Assembly: GCA_038240725.1 (NCBI GenBank)
Contig: JBBRGM010000002.1
Coordinates: 1 to 36,318 of the forward strand
Length of the DNA stretch: 36,318 nt
Direction: 5' to 3'
DNA from: Burkholderiales bacterium
GTDB taxonomy: Bacteria; Pseudomonadota; Gammaproteobacteria; Burkholderiales; SHXO01
Below, piece by piece: positions 1 to 10,973 of the stretch. A program made the position numbers and the translations under genes. Every line of letters begins with the position of its first letter. Within the stretch, counting starts at the first letter, position 1. The notes under the pieces were generated by a model. The model did not search any database. It was not told the origin of the DNA and saw only the letters and a program-made list of their open reading frames with translations.

Positions 1-10
1 TGCATCTGAT

Positions 11-1060
11 TCATTTCGATTTTCCTTCGCGGCCGGCAATGCGCGCCTCGAGCTGGCGCACGCGATCGGCGAGCGAATCCAAGTGGCGAATGTGGGAGGC
101 GTTTTTCAGCCAGTCCTGATGCAGCGAGACGGGAAACAACGAGGTGTAGGTGCCGGGCTTCAGAAGCGACTTGGCAAGGGCCGTCGCGGCCGAGATTTCC
201 ACGTGGTCGACGATCTCGAGATGACCGCCGATCATCGCGCCGCCGCCGATCCGGCAATAGCGGCCGATGCGTGCACTGCCGGCAATGCCCACACACCCTG
301 CGATTGCGGTGTGCGCGCCGATGCGACAGTTGTGGCCGATTTGAATCTGATTGTCTAGCTTGACGCCTTCCTCGATCACGGTGTCGTCCAGAGCGCCGCG
401 ATCGATCGTCGTATTGGCACCGATCTCGACATCGTTCTCGATGATGACGCGACCGATCTGCGGAATCTTGTTCCAGCGCCCCTGCTCCCATGCGATCCCG
501 AAGCCATCGGCGCCGATCACACCCCCTGAATGCAGAATAACACGATCGCCAATGACGCAATCATGGTAGAGCGTGACGCGCGCGTAGATCCGGCACTCGC
601 TGCCGATGCGCACGCGATCGGCGATCACGCAGCCGGCTTCGATGAGCGTGCCCTCGCCCACTTCGGCCTCCGCACCGATCGCGACGAATGCACCGATCGA
701 TGCGCTGTGCGCGATCCGCGCCGACGGATCGATCGCAGCGGATGGATGAATACCGGGAATGACGGGCGGCAGCGGATTGAGCAGCGCAGATAACCGCGCG
801 AAGTACGCGTAAGGGTCTTTGCAGACGATGCGTGAACGCTCGGTTGCGTCCGCTACCTCGGCGGTGACAAGCACCGCATCGGCTTGCGTGAGCTCGAGCT
901 GTTTACGGTAGCGCGGATTGGAGAAGAAAGAGATGTGCCCAGGCCCTGCAGTTTCCAGGCTGGCCACTTGGGTGATGAGAACGTCCGGATCGCCTCGCAG
1001 CTCGCCGCCGAATCGCTGCACGATCTCGGCGAGCCGGTAGCCATGCTGACCTGCGTGCAT
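11..1060 (-). CDS. lpxD: UDP-3-O-(3-hydroxyacyl)glucosamine N-acyltransferase LpxD
   Basis: 349-aa ORF. N-terminal [12 protein letters not shown]...[14 protein letters not shown] region is followed by a long run of hexapeptide (I/V-G-x4) left-handed beta-helix repeats. It sits in the canonical bamA-skp-lpxD order. An ATG at nt 3-5 (minus strand) immediately downstream may be the start of fabZ, but too little sequence is present to call it. Confidence 0.93.
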   Translation of the reverse strand: MHAGQHGYRLAEIVQRFGGELRGDPDVLITQVASLETAGPGHISFFSNPRYRKQLELTQADAVLVTAEVADATERSRIVCKDPYAYFARLSALLNPLPPVIPGIHPSAAIDPSARIAHSASIGAFVAIGAEAEVGEGTLIEAGCVIADRVRIGSECRIYARVTLYHDCVIGDRVILHSGGVIGADGFGIAWEQGRWNKIPQIGRVIIENDVEIGANTTIDRGALDDTVIEEGVKLDNQIQIGHNCRIGAHTAIAGCVGIAGSARIGRYCRIGGGAMIGGHLEIVDHVEISAATALAKSLLKPGTYTSLFPVSLHQDWLKNASHIRHLDSLADRVRQLEARIAGREGKSK

Positions 1061-1148
1061 TAGAGACCTGTATCAAGTTATCGCCACGGGCTCTATCGCA
1101 GTCATGGTGCCAGCCGGGCGTCACCGGTGGCAAAGCGATAAAACCGTA

Positions 1149-1652
1149 CTACTTGTCCGCCAGAGCCTTCAGGACTTTCTCTGTAATGTCGATGCGCGGG
1201 CTGCGGTATACCGCCTCCTGCAGAATCAAGTCGAACTTCTCTTTTTCGGCAATATCCTGAATGACTTTATTGGCGCGCTCGAGGACTTGGCCCAACTCTT
1301 CGTTCTTGCGCAGATTTAAATCTTCGCGAAACTCGCGCTGCAGGCGCTGCAGATCGCGGTTGATGCGGCCCAGATCCTGTTCCTTGTTGCGGCGATCGCT
1401 CTCGGCCATGGTCACACCGTCTTTCTCGAGCGAGGTCTGCAAGTCTTTCGCCTGCTTGGCAAGCTTTTGCAGCTCTTGATCGCGCGGTGCGAATTCCTTC
1501 TCGAGCTTTTTCAGCGCGCGCACAGCCGGCGCGGCTTCGCGAAACAGTCGCTCCGTGCTGACGAAACCGACCTTGAATTCCGCGCCCTGCGCGTTTGCGG
1601 TCGCCGTGACCGACAAAAGTGCGGCGATAAGCAGAAATTTAGTGCGTTTCAA
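1149..1652 (-). CDS. skp: periplasmic chaperone Skp (OmpH family)
   Basis: 167 aa. Signal peptide MKRTKFLLIAALLSVTATANA, then a Lys/Glu/Gln-rich coiled-coil body. Located between bamA and lpxD. TTG start at 1650-1652 is preceded by AAGGAGAA 6 nt upstream. Confidence 0.9.
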   Translation of the reverse strand: MKRTKFLLIAALLSVTATANAQGAEFKVGFVSTERLFREAAPAVRALKKLEKEFAPRDQELQKLAKQAKDLQTSLEKDGVTMAESDRRNKEQDLGRINRDLQRLQREFREDLNLRKNEELGQVLERANKVIQDIAEKEKFDLILQEAVYRSPRIDITEKVLKALADK

Positions 1653-1735
1653 CGTCTATTCTCCTTGCCCAATTCCGCCTGGCAATCGCGGCCCGTCAGC
1701 GCATCCGCCGCGAACCCTCGCAAGCGCATCCGCGC

Positions 1736-4006
1736 CTAGAACACCGTACCCAGGGAGAACTGGAACGGCTGCGTCCGATCTTCAGGCTTGGAGTTGAGCG
1801 CCTTGGCGAAGCTAATCTTAATCGGCCCGACTGGAGAATACCAACTCAATCCCACGCCGGCCGAATAGCGAGTTTCCCCGAAATCGTAATTGTCGCCGAC
1901 CGTACCGGCATCGATGAACACCGACAGGCGCACAGACTTGTCTTTTTCCAGTCCGGGCATCGGGAAATAATACTCGGTACTGGCGACGATCATCGTCGGG
2001 CCGCCCAACGCGTTGCCGGCATTATCTTTCGGCCCGATCGCGCTGGTTTCGTAACCGCGCACGGTGCCGATGCCGCCGAGATAGAAGTTCTTGTAGAACG
2101 GCAGCGGTTTGTCCTGATAGCCGTTCGCATAGCCGATCTGACCGCTGAACTGAATCACGTTCTCGCGCCCGATGGGATGCCAGTAATCTGCGCGATAGGT
2201 CGCACGGTAATAACGCAGTTCAGCGGGGGGCACCGCAAGCTCGAAGTTCAAGCGCTGCAGCAAACCTTTGGTTGTGTAGATCGTACTGTCGCGTCCATCG
2301 CGCGCCCAGCCCGCGGTTGCAATCAGCGCGGTGTTGCTGGGACCGAACGTATTGACGAAGTCCACGTACTGCTGCGGACTCGTCGGGAAAACTTCGACGT
2401 CGGTCTTTTCCAGCGCGAGACCGTAGTTAATGGTATCGAACTCGGTAATCGGAATACCGATGCGCCCACCGGCGCCGATGGTCGACGTCTTGTACGGCGT
2501 AACCGCGGTCAGGTTAGTAGCATCGACGTTGCGCTTGTACACGTCCATGCCCAGGCTGACGCCGTCGTCGGTGAAGTACGGATTGGTAAACGACAGCGCG
2601 TATACCTTATTGATGCTGCCGCTGTTGACCTGCAGCGAAACGGCGTTGCCGGTGCCGAACAGATTCGTCTGCGAGATCGAGCCGGACAGAATCACTTTTT
2701 CCGCCGTCGAATAGCCCACGCCGAACAGCAGATTGCCGGTCGGCCGCTCGACCACCTTGACTTCGATGTCGACCTGATCGGGCGAGCCCGGCACGTTGAC
2801 GGTGTCGAGATTCACCTCGGAGAAAAAGCCGAGCTTGTCGATGCGCGTCTTCGAGCGCTGCAGTTTGTCGGCCGCGTACCAGCCGCCTTCGAGCTGGCGC
2901 ATCTCGCGGCGGATCACTTCATCGCGCGTGGTCGTGTTGCCCGAGACGTTGATGCGGCGCACGTACACCCGGCGGCCGGGATCGATGTACAGCGTGAACG
3001 CGACCTGTTTGGTGGTGCGATCGATTTCCGGCACCGGGTTGATGTTGGCAAACGCGTAGCCCTCGTTGCCCAGCCGGTCGATCATCAGCTTGGTGGATTC
3101 GGTCAGCTTCTCGCGCGAGAACGTGTCGCCCGGCTTGAGCTTGAGCATCTTGCGCAGCTCTTTCTCGGGAACCAGCATTTCGCCCGCGAGCTTGATCTCG
3201 GAAACTTTGTACTTCTCGCCCTCGGTGACGTTCACCGTGATGTAGATATCTTTTTTGTCGGACGAGATGGAAACCTGCGTCGAATCGATGGTGAACTCGA
3301 GATAGCCTTGATTGAGATAGTACGAGCGCAGCGACTCGAGATCGCCTTCCAGTTTTTGTTTCGAGTACTGATCGTTTTTGCTGTACCAGGTCAGCACGCC
3401 GGGCGTGCGCAGCACGAACAGATCGCGCAGATCGCTTTCCTTGTACAACTCGTTGCCGACGAAATTGATCTGCCGGATTTTGGCGACCGGACCTTCGGCG
3501 ATAGCAAAGTTGATGTTGACGCGATTGCGCTCGAGCGGTGTGACCGTGGTGGTGATTTCCACCGCGTACTTGCCGCGCGAGAGGTATTGGTTCTTCAGCT
3601 CCTGCTCGGCTTTTTCGAGCAGGCTGCGATCGAAGATGCGGCCTTGCGAGAGGCCAGTCTGCTTCAACGCGTCGCGCAGTTTGTCTTTGTCGAATTCTTT
3701 TTGGCCGACGAAATCGATCTGCGAAATCGCAGGGCGCTCGACCACATTCACGATGAGCACGTTGCCGTCGACTTCCAGACGCACGTCTTTGAAAAAGCCG
3801 GTGGCATAAAGCGACTTCACGGCTTCCGCCGCTTTGTCTTCGTTCAGCGTGTCGCCGACTTTGATCGGCAGATAGCTGAAGACAGTGCCGGGCTCTGTGC
3901 GCTGGATTCCCTCGATACGAATATCCTTAACCTGAAAGGGATCGAAGGCGGCGACAGAGAGAGAGTATAAACCCGATAGAAATAGCAGCAACCGTGACAG
4001 CTTCAT
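1736..4006 (-). CDS. bamA: outer membrane protein assembly factor BamA
   Basis: 756 aa. Signal peptide, POTRA-type N-terminal repeats (IRIEGIQRT..., INFVGN..., INVSGN...). C-terminal beta-barrel ends in the aromatic residue motif ...FQFSLGTVF. Synteny rseP-bamA-skp. Confidence 0.96.
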   Translation of the reverse strand: MKLSRLLLFLSGLYSLSVAAFDPFQVKDIRIEGIQRTEPGTVFSYLPIKVGDTLNEDKAAEAVKSLYATGFFKDVRLEVDGNVLIVNVVERPAISQIDFVGQKEFDKDKLRDALKQTGLSQGRIFDRSLLEKAEQELKNQYLSRGKYAVEITTTVTPLERNRVNINFAIAEGPVAKIRQINFVGNELYKESDLRDLFVLRTPGVLTWYSKNDQYSKQKLEGDLESLRSYYLNQGYLEFTIDSTQVSISSDKKDIYITVNVTEGEKYKVSEIKLAGEMLVPEKELRKMLKLKPGDTFSREKLTESTKLMIDRLGNEGYAFANINPVPEIDRTTKQVAFTLYIDPGRRVYVRRINVSGNTTTRDEVIRREMRQLEGGWYAADKLQRSKTRIDKLGFFSEVNLDTVNVPGSPDQVDIEVKVVERPTGNLLFGVGYSTAEKVILSGSISQTNLFGTGNAVSLQVNSGSINKVYALSFTNPYFTDDGVSLGMDVYKRNVDATNLTAVTPYKTSTIGAGGRIGIPITEFDTINYGLALEKTDVEVFPTSPQQYVDFVNTFGPSNTALIATAGWARDGRDSTIYTTKGLLQRLNFELAVPPAELRYYRATYRADYWHPIGRENVIQFSGQIGYANGYQDKPLPFYKNFYLGGIGTVRGYETSAIGPKDNAGNALGGPTMIVASTEYYFPMPGLEKDKSVRLSVFIDAGTVGDNYDFGETRYSAGVGLSWYSPVGPIKISFAKALNSKPEDRTQPFQFSLGTVF

Positions 4007-4009
4007 CCG

Positions 4010-5347
4010 CTACCCGCCTACCAGGCGATAAATGTCGTTATAGATTGCGAACGCCATCAGAGAAAATAATAGAACCATTCCGATACGCTGACCGATTTCC
4101 AGCGCACGCTCTGACACCGGCCTCCCCCGAATAATCTCCGCCGTATAATACATCAAGTGTCCGCCATCCAAAACCGGAACCGGCAACAGGTTCAATACGC
4201 CGAGGCTGATACTGATCAGCGCCATGAAGCTGACATAGGCCATCCATCCCATCTGCGCACTTTGCCCCGCGTAATCCGCGATGGTGATCGGACCGCTCAA
4301 ATTTTTCAGCGACACCTCGCCGATTATCATGCGGCCGAGCATCTCCAGCGTGAACGCGGACATCTCCCAGGTCTTTTTCACCCCGTGCCACAGCGCTGAG
4401 CCCACGGGATACTGCACATTGATGAAAGGCCCGACGCCGATCTTGCCGATCGCCGTGCCGTTTTCCTGCGCAGTCTCGGGCGTGAGATGCAACGTCGTTT
4501 GCGAGCCATTCGCTCGGCGAAGCTGCAAGTCGAGCGGCACACCTGGTTTGGCGCGAATGGTTTTCACGAGCGCGTCCCAGCTCGCGATTGGTGCGCCATC
4601 GATGGCCAGTATGCGATCGCCCGGCGCGATGCCGGCGCGCTCGGCGACGCTGCCGGGAATCACCGTTTCCAGTACCGGCCGCGGGCCGCCTTTCATCGGC
4701 ACGAGACCGACCACATCGAGGAAATCGCTGTTGACCTTATCCGAATCGATTCCGGACAAATCGAGTCGGCGCGTTTGCGAGTTCCCGTCCTCGCTATTGG
4801 TCTGCAACTCGACCGCGTCGCGCGCGACCGCGTGCTTGAGCAACGCGAGTCTCACCTCTTCCCACGTTTGCACGGAGTGGCCGCCGATAGCGACGATCGT
4901 GTCGCCCTTCTCGAATGCAGCGGCTGCTGCCGGCGTCGATGCAGCCGGTGCGTCTACCACCGGCCGCGATCCCGGGACGCCGTGCATGAACAGCACCCAG
5001 TAGATGAAGATCGCGAGAATGAAGTTGGCGACCGGCCCGGCCATCACGATGGCGAAGCGCTTGTATACGGTTTGCCGATTGAATGCGCGATCGAGCTCCT
5101 GCGTGGGCACAGGTCCCTCGCGCTCGTCGAGCATCTTCACGTAGCCGCCGAGCGGGAACGCGGCAAGCGCCCATTCGGTTTGATCGCGACCCCAGCGGCG
5201 CGACACCAGCACCCGGCCGAAGCCGACGGAGAAGCGCAGCACCTTGACGCCGCACAAGCGTGCAATCAAGTAATGGCCGAACTCGTGCACGACAACCAAT
5301 GTGCCCAGTGCGACCACGAACGCGAGCAGCGTAGTGATCAGACTCAT
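4010..5347 (-). CDS. rseP: RIP zinc metalloprotease RseP
   Basis: HEFGHY (HExxH) in the first TM segment, PDZ-like central region, NLLPVPVLDGGH motif near the C-terminus. The track ORF runs to 5416, but the ATG at 5347 (MSLITTLLAF...) has GGAGG 6 nt upstream and gives a typical ~445-aa product. Confidence 0.93.
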   Translation of the reverse strand: MSLITTLLAFVVALGTLVVVHEFGHYLIARLCGVKVLRFSVGFGRVLVSRRWGRDQTEWALAAFPLGGYVKMLDEREGPVPTQELDRAFNRQTVYKRFAIVMAGPVANFILAIFIYWVLFMHGVPGSRPVVDAPAASTPAAAAAFEKGDTIVAIGGHSVQTWEEVRLALLKHAVARDAVELQTNSEDGNSQTRRLDLSGIDSDKVNSDFLDVVGLVPMKGGPRPVLETVIPGSVAERAGIAPGDRILAIDGAPIASWDALVKTIRAKPGVPLDLQLRRANGSQTTLHLTPETAQENGTAIGKIGVGPFINVQYPVGSALWHGVKKTWEMSAFTLEMLGRMIIGEVSLKNLSGPITIADYAGQSAQMGWMAYVSFMALISISLGVLNLLPVPVLDGGHLMYYTAEIIRGRPVSERALEIGQRIGMVLLFSLMAFAIYNDIYRLVGG

Positions 5348-5499
5348 ATCGATCCTCCAGTGTGCGGAGCGCGCCTGCGCAACGTCGGCACTGCTCTGCA
5401 TCGCCGTCTCGCGCACATCGCGAGCCGGCTATAAATTAAGATTTCGACTCGCTCGAGCGTCGTTCGCCAAGAGATCGAGTCGAGGAATTTTGCCAGGCT

Positions 5500-6744
5500 C
5501 TAATTCGCGGATACGGCGCCGGTGGAGCGCGCAGAAATCAACCGGCTCGCAAGCGAGCGCACCTCACGATCGAGCTCCAGCACTTCGGGCAGATCCGTCA
5601 GCGCGGTCGCGGGTGTCCGTGTCAAAACCTCTTCGATCAGTCCGGGTATGCGGTTGAAGGCGAGCTCGCCGCGCAGAAAACACGCGACCGCGATCTCATT
5701 GGCCGCATTCAGCGCTACCGGACCGCTCTCACCGGCGAGCATCGCCGCCTGCGCCAACCGCAGGCACGGAAAGCGGTTCACGTCCGGCTGCTCGAAGTTG
5801 AGCGTCTTGATGTCGAAAAAGTTCAGCGACTGCACACCCGATTCGATGCGCTCCGGAAATCCCAGCGCATGCGCTATCGGCGTGCGCATGTCCGGATGAC
5901 CGAGCTGGGCGAGCACCGATCCGTCGACGTATTCGACCATCGAATGAATCACGCTTTGCGGATGAATCACGACTTCTACCTGGTCGACGCGTGCGTTGAA
6001 CAGGAGGCACGCTTCGATCACCTCCAGGCCCTTGTTCATCATCGTGGCCGAGTCGACCGAGATCTTCCGGCCCATCACCCAGTTCGGATGCGCGCACGCC
6101 TGGTCGGGTGTCACACGAGCCAGGTTATCGAGCGGCGTTCGCAGAAAAGGCCCGCCCGATGCGGTCAATAAAATCCGCCGCACGCCCGACTTCGCGAGCT
6201 GGCCATCGAAGTCCGCCGGCAGCGATTGCAGAATGGCGTTGTGCTCGCTGTCGATCGGCAGCAGGCGAGCGCCGCGCGTGCGCACTGCATCGATGAACAG
6301 CCGTCCCGCCATGACCAGCGCTTCTTTGTTGGCGAGCAGCACTTTTTTGCCCGCACGCGCGGCAGCCAAAGTCGGCGGCAATCCGGCAGCGCCGACGATT
6401 GCCGCCATCACGCTGTCCACCTCCGGCATCGTGACGAGCTCGACCAGAGCGCCGGCCCCAGCGAGAACTTTGGTGGGCAATCCTTCGGTCCGGATCTGGC
6501 GCGCAAGCTCCGCGGCCGCGGTCTCGTCCGCCATCGCGGCGAATCGCGGACGAAACTGTCGGCACTGCTGCAGCAGTGCGTCAGTGCGCTCGTTGGCAGC
6601 CAGAGCAAAAACACTGAATCGCTGCGGATGGCGCGCGACGACGTTGAGCGTGCTGACGCCCACCGAACCGGTGGCCCCGAGTACGACAATCTGCTGGACC
6701 GTGGCGCCCGTTGCCGGACGCGCTGACTGTGAGGTCGCGTTCAC
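5500..6744 (-). CDS. dxr: 1-deoxy-D-xylulose 5-phosphate reductoisomerase
   Basis: 414 aa. N-terminal NADPH-binding [14 protein letters not shown], and DSEHNA / NKGLEVIEA conserved blocks. GTG start at 6744 is the only in-frame start upstream of the GxTGSxG motif. This gives an N-terminal extension of ~15 aa, so the start is less certain than the call. Confidence 0.93.
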   Translation of the reverse strand: MNATSQSARPATGATVQQIVVLGATGSVGVSTLNVVARHPQRFSVFALAANERTDALLQQCRQFRPRFAAMADETAAAELARQIRTEGLPTKVLAGAGALVELVTMPEVDSVMAAIVGAAGLPPTLAAARAGKKVLLANKEALVMAGRLFIDAVRTRGARLLPIDSEHNAILQSLPADFDGQLAKSGVRRILLTASGGPFLRTPLDNLARVTPDQACAHPNWVMGRKISVDSATMMNKGLEVIEACLLFNARVDQVEVVIHPQSVIHSMVEYVDGSVLAQLGHPDMRTPIAHALGFPERIESGVQSLNFFDIKTLNFEQPDVNRFPCLRLAQAAMLAGESGPVALNAANEIAVACFLRGELAFNRIPGLIEEVLTRTPATALTDLPEVLELDREVRSLASRLISARSTGAVSAN

Positions 6745-6771
6745 TCGATCACGCTTTGACCCGCATTCGGG

Positions 6772-7620
6772 CTAGATCCCTGAGCTCGCATAGGCGAAGT
6801 ATAGGGCGGCCAGCGGAATGGCGGAGCACAGGCCATCGATACGGTCCAGCATGCCGCCGTGACCGGGCAGAAGTCCGCCGCTATCTTTGACACCTGCCAC
6901 GCGCTTCATCCACGACTCGAACAAGTCGCCGACGACGCTGAGCACGGTCATCAGCAGCATGCAGCCGAGCACGATCACGAGGCGTGGGTCTTTGGCGGGC
7001 GCAATGACGGCCAGCACGATCCAGTACAGCGTGACGACAACGAATGCGCCGTAGACACCTTCTCGCGTTTTGCCCGGACTGATTGCCGGCGCGAGCTTGT
7101 GCTTGCCGAATCGACGCCCTGCGAAATACGCCGCGGTGTCGGCCAGCCAGACAACACCGAGCGACAAAAACAGCATCAGCGGCGCGTTCTGCAACCAGAC
7201 CATCGCCTGCCAGAATGAGATGAGTATGATCCAGCCGACGATGCCAAGCAGCCAGCCGTTGCGCAACTGCCACCGGCGATACAGCCAGAGCGGCGCGAGC
7301 GCCAGCCAGAAAACGGCGGCGGCGGCGAACAGCGCCTTCCCGAGCGAGGTGTGAATGAACCAGCGCGTGTCGCCGGTTGCGATCTGGGCACCGAACGCGC
7401 CGTGCTCCCACACCAGAATTGCGATACAAGTCAGCGTGAGCAGCACGCAATAAAACACGCGCAGCACCAGCGGATAATGCGCCAGCCGGCCCCATTCCCA
7501 GCCGCCGATGACTGCCACGGTCATCAGCAGGACGCCCCAGTAAACGTTGGGCAAAAGGAATAGCGCCGCCAGAAATAGCGGCAGCATGATGGCGACCGTG
7601 ATCAAGCGTTGTCGCAACAT
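6772..7620 (-). CDS. cdsA: phosphatidate cytidylyltransferase
   Basis: 282 aa polytopic membrane protein with the C-terminal CdsA signature SWMKRVAGVKDSGGLLPGHGGMLDRID. Synteny uppS-cdsA-dxr. Confidence 0.93.
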   Translation of the reverse strand: MLRQRLITVAIMLPLFLAALFLLPNVYWGVLLMTVAVIGGWEWGRLAHYPLVLRVFYCVLLTLTCIAILVWEHGAFGAQIATGDTRWFIHTSLGKALFAAAAVFWLALAPLWLYRRWQLRNGWLLGIVGWIILISFWQAMVWLQNAPLMLFLSLGVVWLADTAAYFAGRRFGKHKLAPAISPGKTREGVYGAFVVVTLYWIVLAVIAPAKDPRLVIVLGCMLLMTVLSVVGDLFESWMKRVAGVKDSGGLLPGHGGMLDRIDGLCSAIPLAALYFAYASSGI

Positions 7621-7716
7621 GGTCAGCCGGTCGTACGGATTAAGCCACGCGCAGCGTTGATGTGCTCGATGAGCACGGCGCGTGGGCCGAACACGAGCAG
7701 TCGCGCGCCCAATAGA

Positions 7717-8514
7717 CTAGCCGGGCTCCGCTGCTTTCGGCAGCGGCTCCGCCGCGGCGGTCTTCAGCGATGCAAGCTGTTCGCTGGTCCGCCCGAAGCG
7801 CCGCTCTCGCTGACGGAACGACGTCAGCGCCAGCGCAAACTCGTCGGCGTTGAAATCGGGCCACAACGTGTCGGTGAAATAGAGCTCGCTGTAGGCAAGG
7901 TGCCATAGGCAAAAATTGCTGACCCGCTGTTCGCCGCCGGTGCGGATGAACAGGTCGGGTTCAGGCGCGAAGCTCAGTGCGAGATACGCCGCCAGATGCG
8001 ATTCGCTGAAATCGCCTTGCCGCTCAGGGTGACTTTTCAGCATGCGATTCATCGCCTGCATGATGTCCCAGCGGCCGCCGTAATTGGCTGCAATTGTGAG
8101 CGTGAGACGCGTGTTGTCTGCGGTGAGCGCTTCGCCCTGCTGGATAAGATTGACCAGGCGCGGCTCGAAGCTGGACAGATCGCCCACGACTTTCAACCGG
8201 ATGCCGTTCTCGTGCAGCCGTGATACTTCGTTCTCCAGCGCGCGCATGAAGAGCTGCATGAGAAATGAAACTTCGTCCGCCGGCCGCCGCCAGTTCTCGC
8301 TGCTGAACGCGAACAAAGTCAGATAGGGGACGCCGCTTTCGATGCAGCACCGGATGGTGGAGCGCAACGTTTCGACACCTCGCCGATGTCCTGCGACACG
8401 CGGAAGACGCCGGCTGCGCGCCCAGCGGCCGTTGCCGTCCATGATAATGGCGATATGCCGCGGCACCGAGCGTGAGTCGGGAATATCGATCGTCGAGCTG
8501 GCGAACAGGGGCAC
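7717..8514 (-). CDS. uppS: di-trans,poly-cis-undecaprenyl-diphosphate synthase
   Basis: 265 aa. [13 protein letters not shown] motif and ...FSSENWRRP...; [11 protein letters not shown] block. GTG start at 8512-8514 with no obvious SD, so start confidence is lower than the call. Confidence 0.92.
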   Translation of the reverse strand: MPLFASSTIDIPDSRSVPRHIAIIMDGNGRWARSRRLPRVAGHRRGVETLRSTIRCCIESGVPYLTLFAFSSENWRRPADEVSFLMQLFMRALENEVSRLHENGIRLKVVGDLSSFEPRLVNLIQQGEALTADNTRLTLTIAANYGGRWDIMQAMNRMLKSHPERQGDFSESHLAAYLALSFAPEPDLFIRTGGEQRVSNFCLWHLAYSELYFTDTLWPDFNADEFALALTSFRQRERRFGRTSEQLASLKTAAAEPLPKAAEPG

Positions 8515-8546
8515 GGAAATTTAGCCGGTATGGGAGTGACGCGACG

Positions 8547-9104
8547 TCACACCGCCATCAGTTCGGCTTCTTTCGCGAGAAGCGTTTTATCGATTTCGGC
8601 GATATAGCGATCGGTGAGCTTCTGCACGTCTTCCTGCGCGCGACGCTCGTCGTCTTCGGAAATCGCCTTGTCCTTGAGCAGTTCCTTCAAACTCGCATTG
8701 GCGTCGCGCCGCACGTTACGCACTGCGACTTTTGCATTTTCGCCTTCGTGCTTGACGACTTTGATCAGCTCTTTGCGACGCTGCTCGGTCAACACCGGCA
8801 TCGGCACGCGCACCATCTCGCCCATCGACGACGGATTCAAACCGAGATCGGAGTCGCGAATCGCTTTCTCGATCACCGGGCCCATTTTCTTTTCGTACGG
8901 CGTGACTGCAATCGTGCGCGCATCGGGCAGGCTGAGATTAGCCACTTGCTTGAGCGGCGTGGGATTGCCGTAGTAGTCCACCATGATGTGATCCAGAAGC
9001 CCGGTATGGGCGCGGCCCGTGCGGATCTTGCCGAGATCGACCTTGAGCGAGTCGATCGTCTTCTGCATTTTTTGATCCGTAGATTTCTTGACCTCTGCAC
9101 TCAT
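8547..9104 (-). CDS. frr: ribosome recycling factor
   Basis: 185 aa, full-length match to the Frr pattern ([10 protein letters not shown]...[10 protein letters not shown]...[13 protein letters not shown]...). Confidence 0.96.
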   Translation of the reverse strand: MSAEVKKSTDQKMQKTIDSLKVDLGKIRTGRAHTGLLDHIMVDYYGNPTPLKQVANLSLPDARTIAVTPYEKKMGPVIEKAIRDSDLGLNPSSMGEMVRVPMPVLTEQRRKELIKVVKHEGENAKVAVRNVRRDANASLKELLKDKAISEDDERRAQEDVQKLTDRYIAEIDKTLLAKEAELMAV

Positions 9105-9123
9105 GTTTTGACTCCTTCTAAGG

Positions 9124-9843
9124 TCAGCTGTGCACCAGCGTGCCCTCGTCCTCGCCGAGAATCACGCGCTTCAGTGCACCCGATTTGAAAATGCTGAACA
9201 CCTTGATGGGCAGTTTCTGATCTCGACACAGCGTGAGCGCTGTGGCGTCCATTACCTTCAAGTTCTTGACGATCGCCTCATCGAACGTGAGCTTTTGATA
9301 GCGCTTGGCATCCGGCGAGGTGGCCGGGTCGGCGGTATAGACGCCGTCGACCTTGGTCGCCTTCAGGACGATCTCGACATTCATTTCCATCCCGCGCAAC
9401 GCAGCGGCGGTATCGGTCGTAAAAAACGGATTGCCGGTCCCTGCCGCGAAGATCACGACCTTGCCTTCTTCCAGGTAGCGCATCGCCTTGCCGCGAATGT
9501 ACGGCTCGGCGACCTGCTCGACCGTCAGCGCCGATTGTACGCGGCTGGTCAGCCCGCTCCTGCGCATCGCGTCCTGCAATGCCAAAGCGTTCATCACGGT
9601 CGCGAGCATGCCCATGTAGTCCGCTGTCGCGCGGTCCATTCCGGCTGCGCCGAGCGCCACACCGCGGAAGATGTTACCACCGCCGATTACGACGCCGAGC
9701 TCGACCCCCATATGCACGATCTCGGCGACCTCGGCAACGATCCGCTCGAGCGTTGCGCGATTGATGCCGTAACTATCATCGCCCATCAGTGCTTCCCCGG
9801 AGAGTTTGAGAAGCACGCGCTTATAGGCCGGCTTAGCGTCCAT
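9124..9843 (-). CDS. pyrH: UMP kinase
   Basis: 239 aa. [13 protein letters not shown]-terminus, GGGNIFRG and [18 protein letters not shown] motifs. Confidence 0.96.
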   Translation of the reverse strand: MDAKPAYKRVLLKLSGEALMGDDSYGINRATLERIVAEVAEIVHMGVELGVVIGGGNIFRGVALGAAGMDRATADYMGMLATVMNALALQDAMRRSGLTSRVQSALTVEQVAEPYIRGKAMRYLEEGKVVIFAAGTGNPFFTTDTAAALRGMEMNVEIVLKATKVDGVYTADPATSPDAKRYQKLTFDEAIVKNLKVMDATALTLCRDQKLPIKVFSIFKSGALKRVILGEDEGTLVHS

Positions 9844-9885
9844 CGTCCTGCCTCGCGTCGAGCTCTAACGGAGTGTGTGCCATGG

Positions 9886-10791
9886 CTAGATGCTCTCGCT
9901 CGGGGGTTGTTTAGCCGCATCAGCCGTCGCGGCCACTTCGGCCGCGAAGTCGCTCTGCTTCTTCTCGATACCTTCTCCCACGACATACAACACGAAACTC
10001 GACACGCTCGCGTTCTTGCTCTTCAGCAGTTGTTCGATGGTCTGCTTGTCATCCTTGACGAACAACTGGCCGTGCAGCGTGACTTCCTTGAGAAACTTCT
10101 GCACGCTCCCCTCCACCATTTTCTCTGCGATGTTGGCAGCCTTGCCTTGTTCGGCAGCTTTCAACGCGGCGACAGCGCGCTCTTTTTCTATGATCGATGC
10201 CGGCACGTGTTCTTTCGATAAAGCGACGGGTTTGCTCGCGGCAATATGCATCGCGATGTCTTTGCCGAGCAGCTCATCGCCGCCGACCACATCGACCAGT
10301 ACGCCGATCTTCGCGCCGCCATGCAGGTAACTCGCGAGCTGACCGGCTGCCTCGATGCGCGCGAAGCGACGAATAGAAATATTTTCGCCGATCTTGCCGA
10401 CCAAAGCGCTGCGGGTTGCCTCGACGGTGGCGCTACCAAGCGACATTGCCGACAGGGCTTCCACCGATGCAGGATTGCTCTTCGCGATCAGCTCGGCGAG
10501 ATTGCGCGACAACGCGAGGAAATCATCGTTCTTCGCCACGAAATCGGTTTCCGAATTGACTTCCACCATCGCGCCCAGCTTGCCGCCCGGTGCAATGAAA
10601 ATAGCAACCACGCCTTCGGCGGCAACGCGTCCGGCCGCCTTACTGGCCTTGTTGCCGAGTCTCACGCGCAACAGCTCTTCGGCTTTCGCCGGATCGCCCT
10701 CGGCTTCGGTCAGCGCTTTCTTGCACTCCATCATCGGCGCGTCGGTCTTCTCGCGCAGTTCCTTCACCATGCTTGCCGTGATTTCCGCCAT
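9886..10791 (-). CDS. tsf: translation elongation factor Ts
   Basis: [30 protein letters not shown] is the canonical EF-Ts N-terminus. The ATG at 10791 is preceded by AAGGAGGAG. The track ORF (to 10836) adds 15 unsupported residues. Confidence 0.95.
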   Translation of the reverse strand: MAEITASMVKELREKTDAPMMECKKALTEAEGDPAKAEELLRVRLGNKASKAAGRVAAEGVVAIFIAPGGKLGAMVEVNSETDFVAKNDDFLALSRNLAELIAKSNPASVEALSAMSLGSATVEATRSALVGKIGENISIRRFARIEAAGQLASYLHGGAKIGVLVDVVGGDELLGKDIAMHIAASKPVALSKEHVPASIIEKERAVAALKAAEQGKAANIAEKMVEGSVQKFLKEVTLHGQLFVKDDKQTIEQLLKSKNASVSSFVLYVVGEGIEKKQSDFAAEVAATADAAKQPPSESI

Positions 10792-10928
10792 GTTCGACTC
10801 CTCCTTACCGCAGCCGTGCGAGACACGACTGGCCAAGTAAATATCTATTGAGTTGCAGCGCCTGCCGGTTCGCGCCGGCCGGCAGCAACCGGCTGCCGGT
10901 TACCCGTCACGCTCGATTCGCATGCTCC

Positions 10929-10954
10929 AAAAAAAGGGGGCCTGTAGCCCCCTT
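10929..10954 (-). terminator. intrinsic terminator/attenuator between rpsB and tsf
   Basis: On the minus strand, AAGGGGGC-TACAG-GCCCCCTT is followed by T7. It begins ~20 nt after the rpsB stop. An intercistronic attenuator in rpsB-tsf operons is established knowledge from E. coli. Confidence 0.75.
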
Positions 10955-10973
10955 CAATCGGTACGAGGCCGAC

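Noticed and set aside
2177-3970. 597-aa plus-strand ORF antisense to bamA. Similar long antisense or alternate-frame ORFs include 9130..10221, 22209..23141, 24722..26131, 30166..31191, 4487..5434, 8472..9188 and 32767..34242.
   Set aside because: Each lies entirely within a confidently identified gene on the opposite strand or in another frame. The translations are Arg/Ala/His/Asp-rich with no recognisable motifs. Long stop-free shadow frames are expected in GC-rich DNA.
4010-5416. Longer N-termini offered by the ORF track for rseP (5416), tsf (10836), rodZ (29450), the SPOR gene (32014) and dctM (34733).
   Set aside because: In each case an internal ATG has a strong Shine-Dalgarno sequence or an ATGA stop-start overlap, and it restores the canonical family N-terminus. 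The extra residues overlap the neighbouring gene or have no family counterpart.
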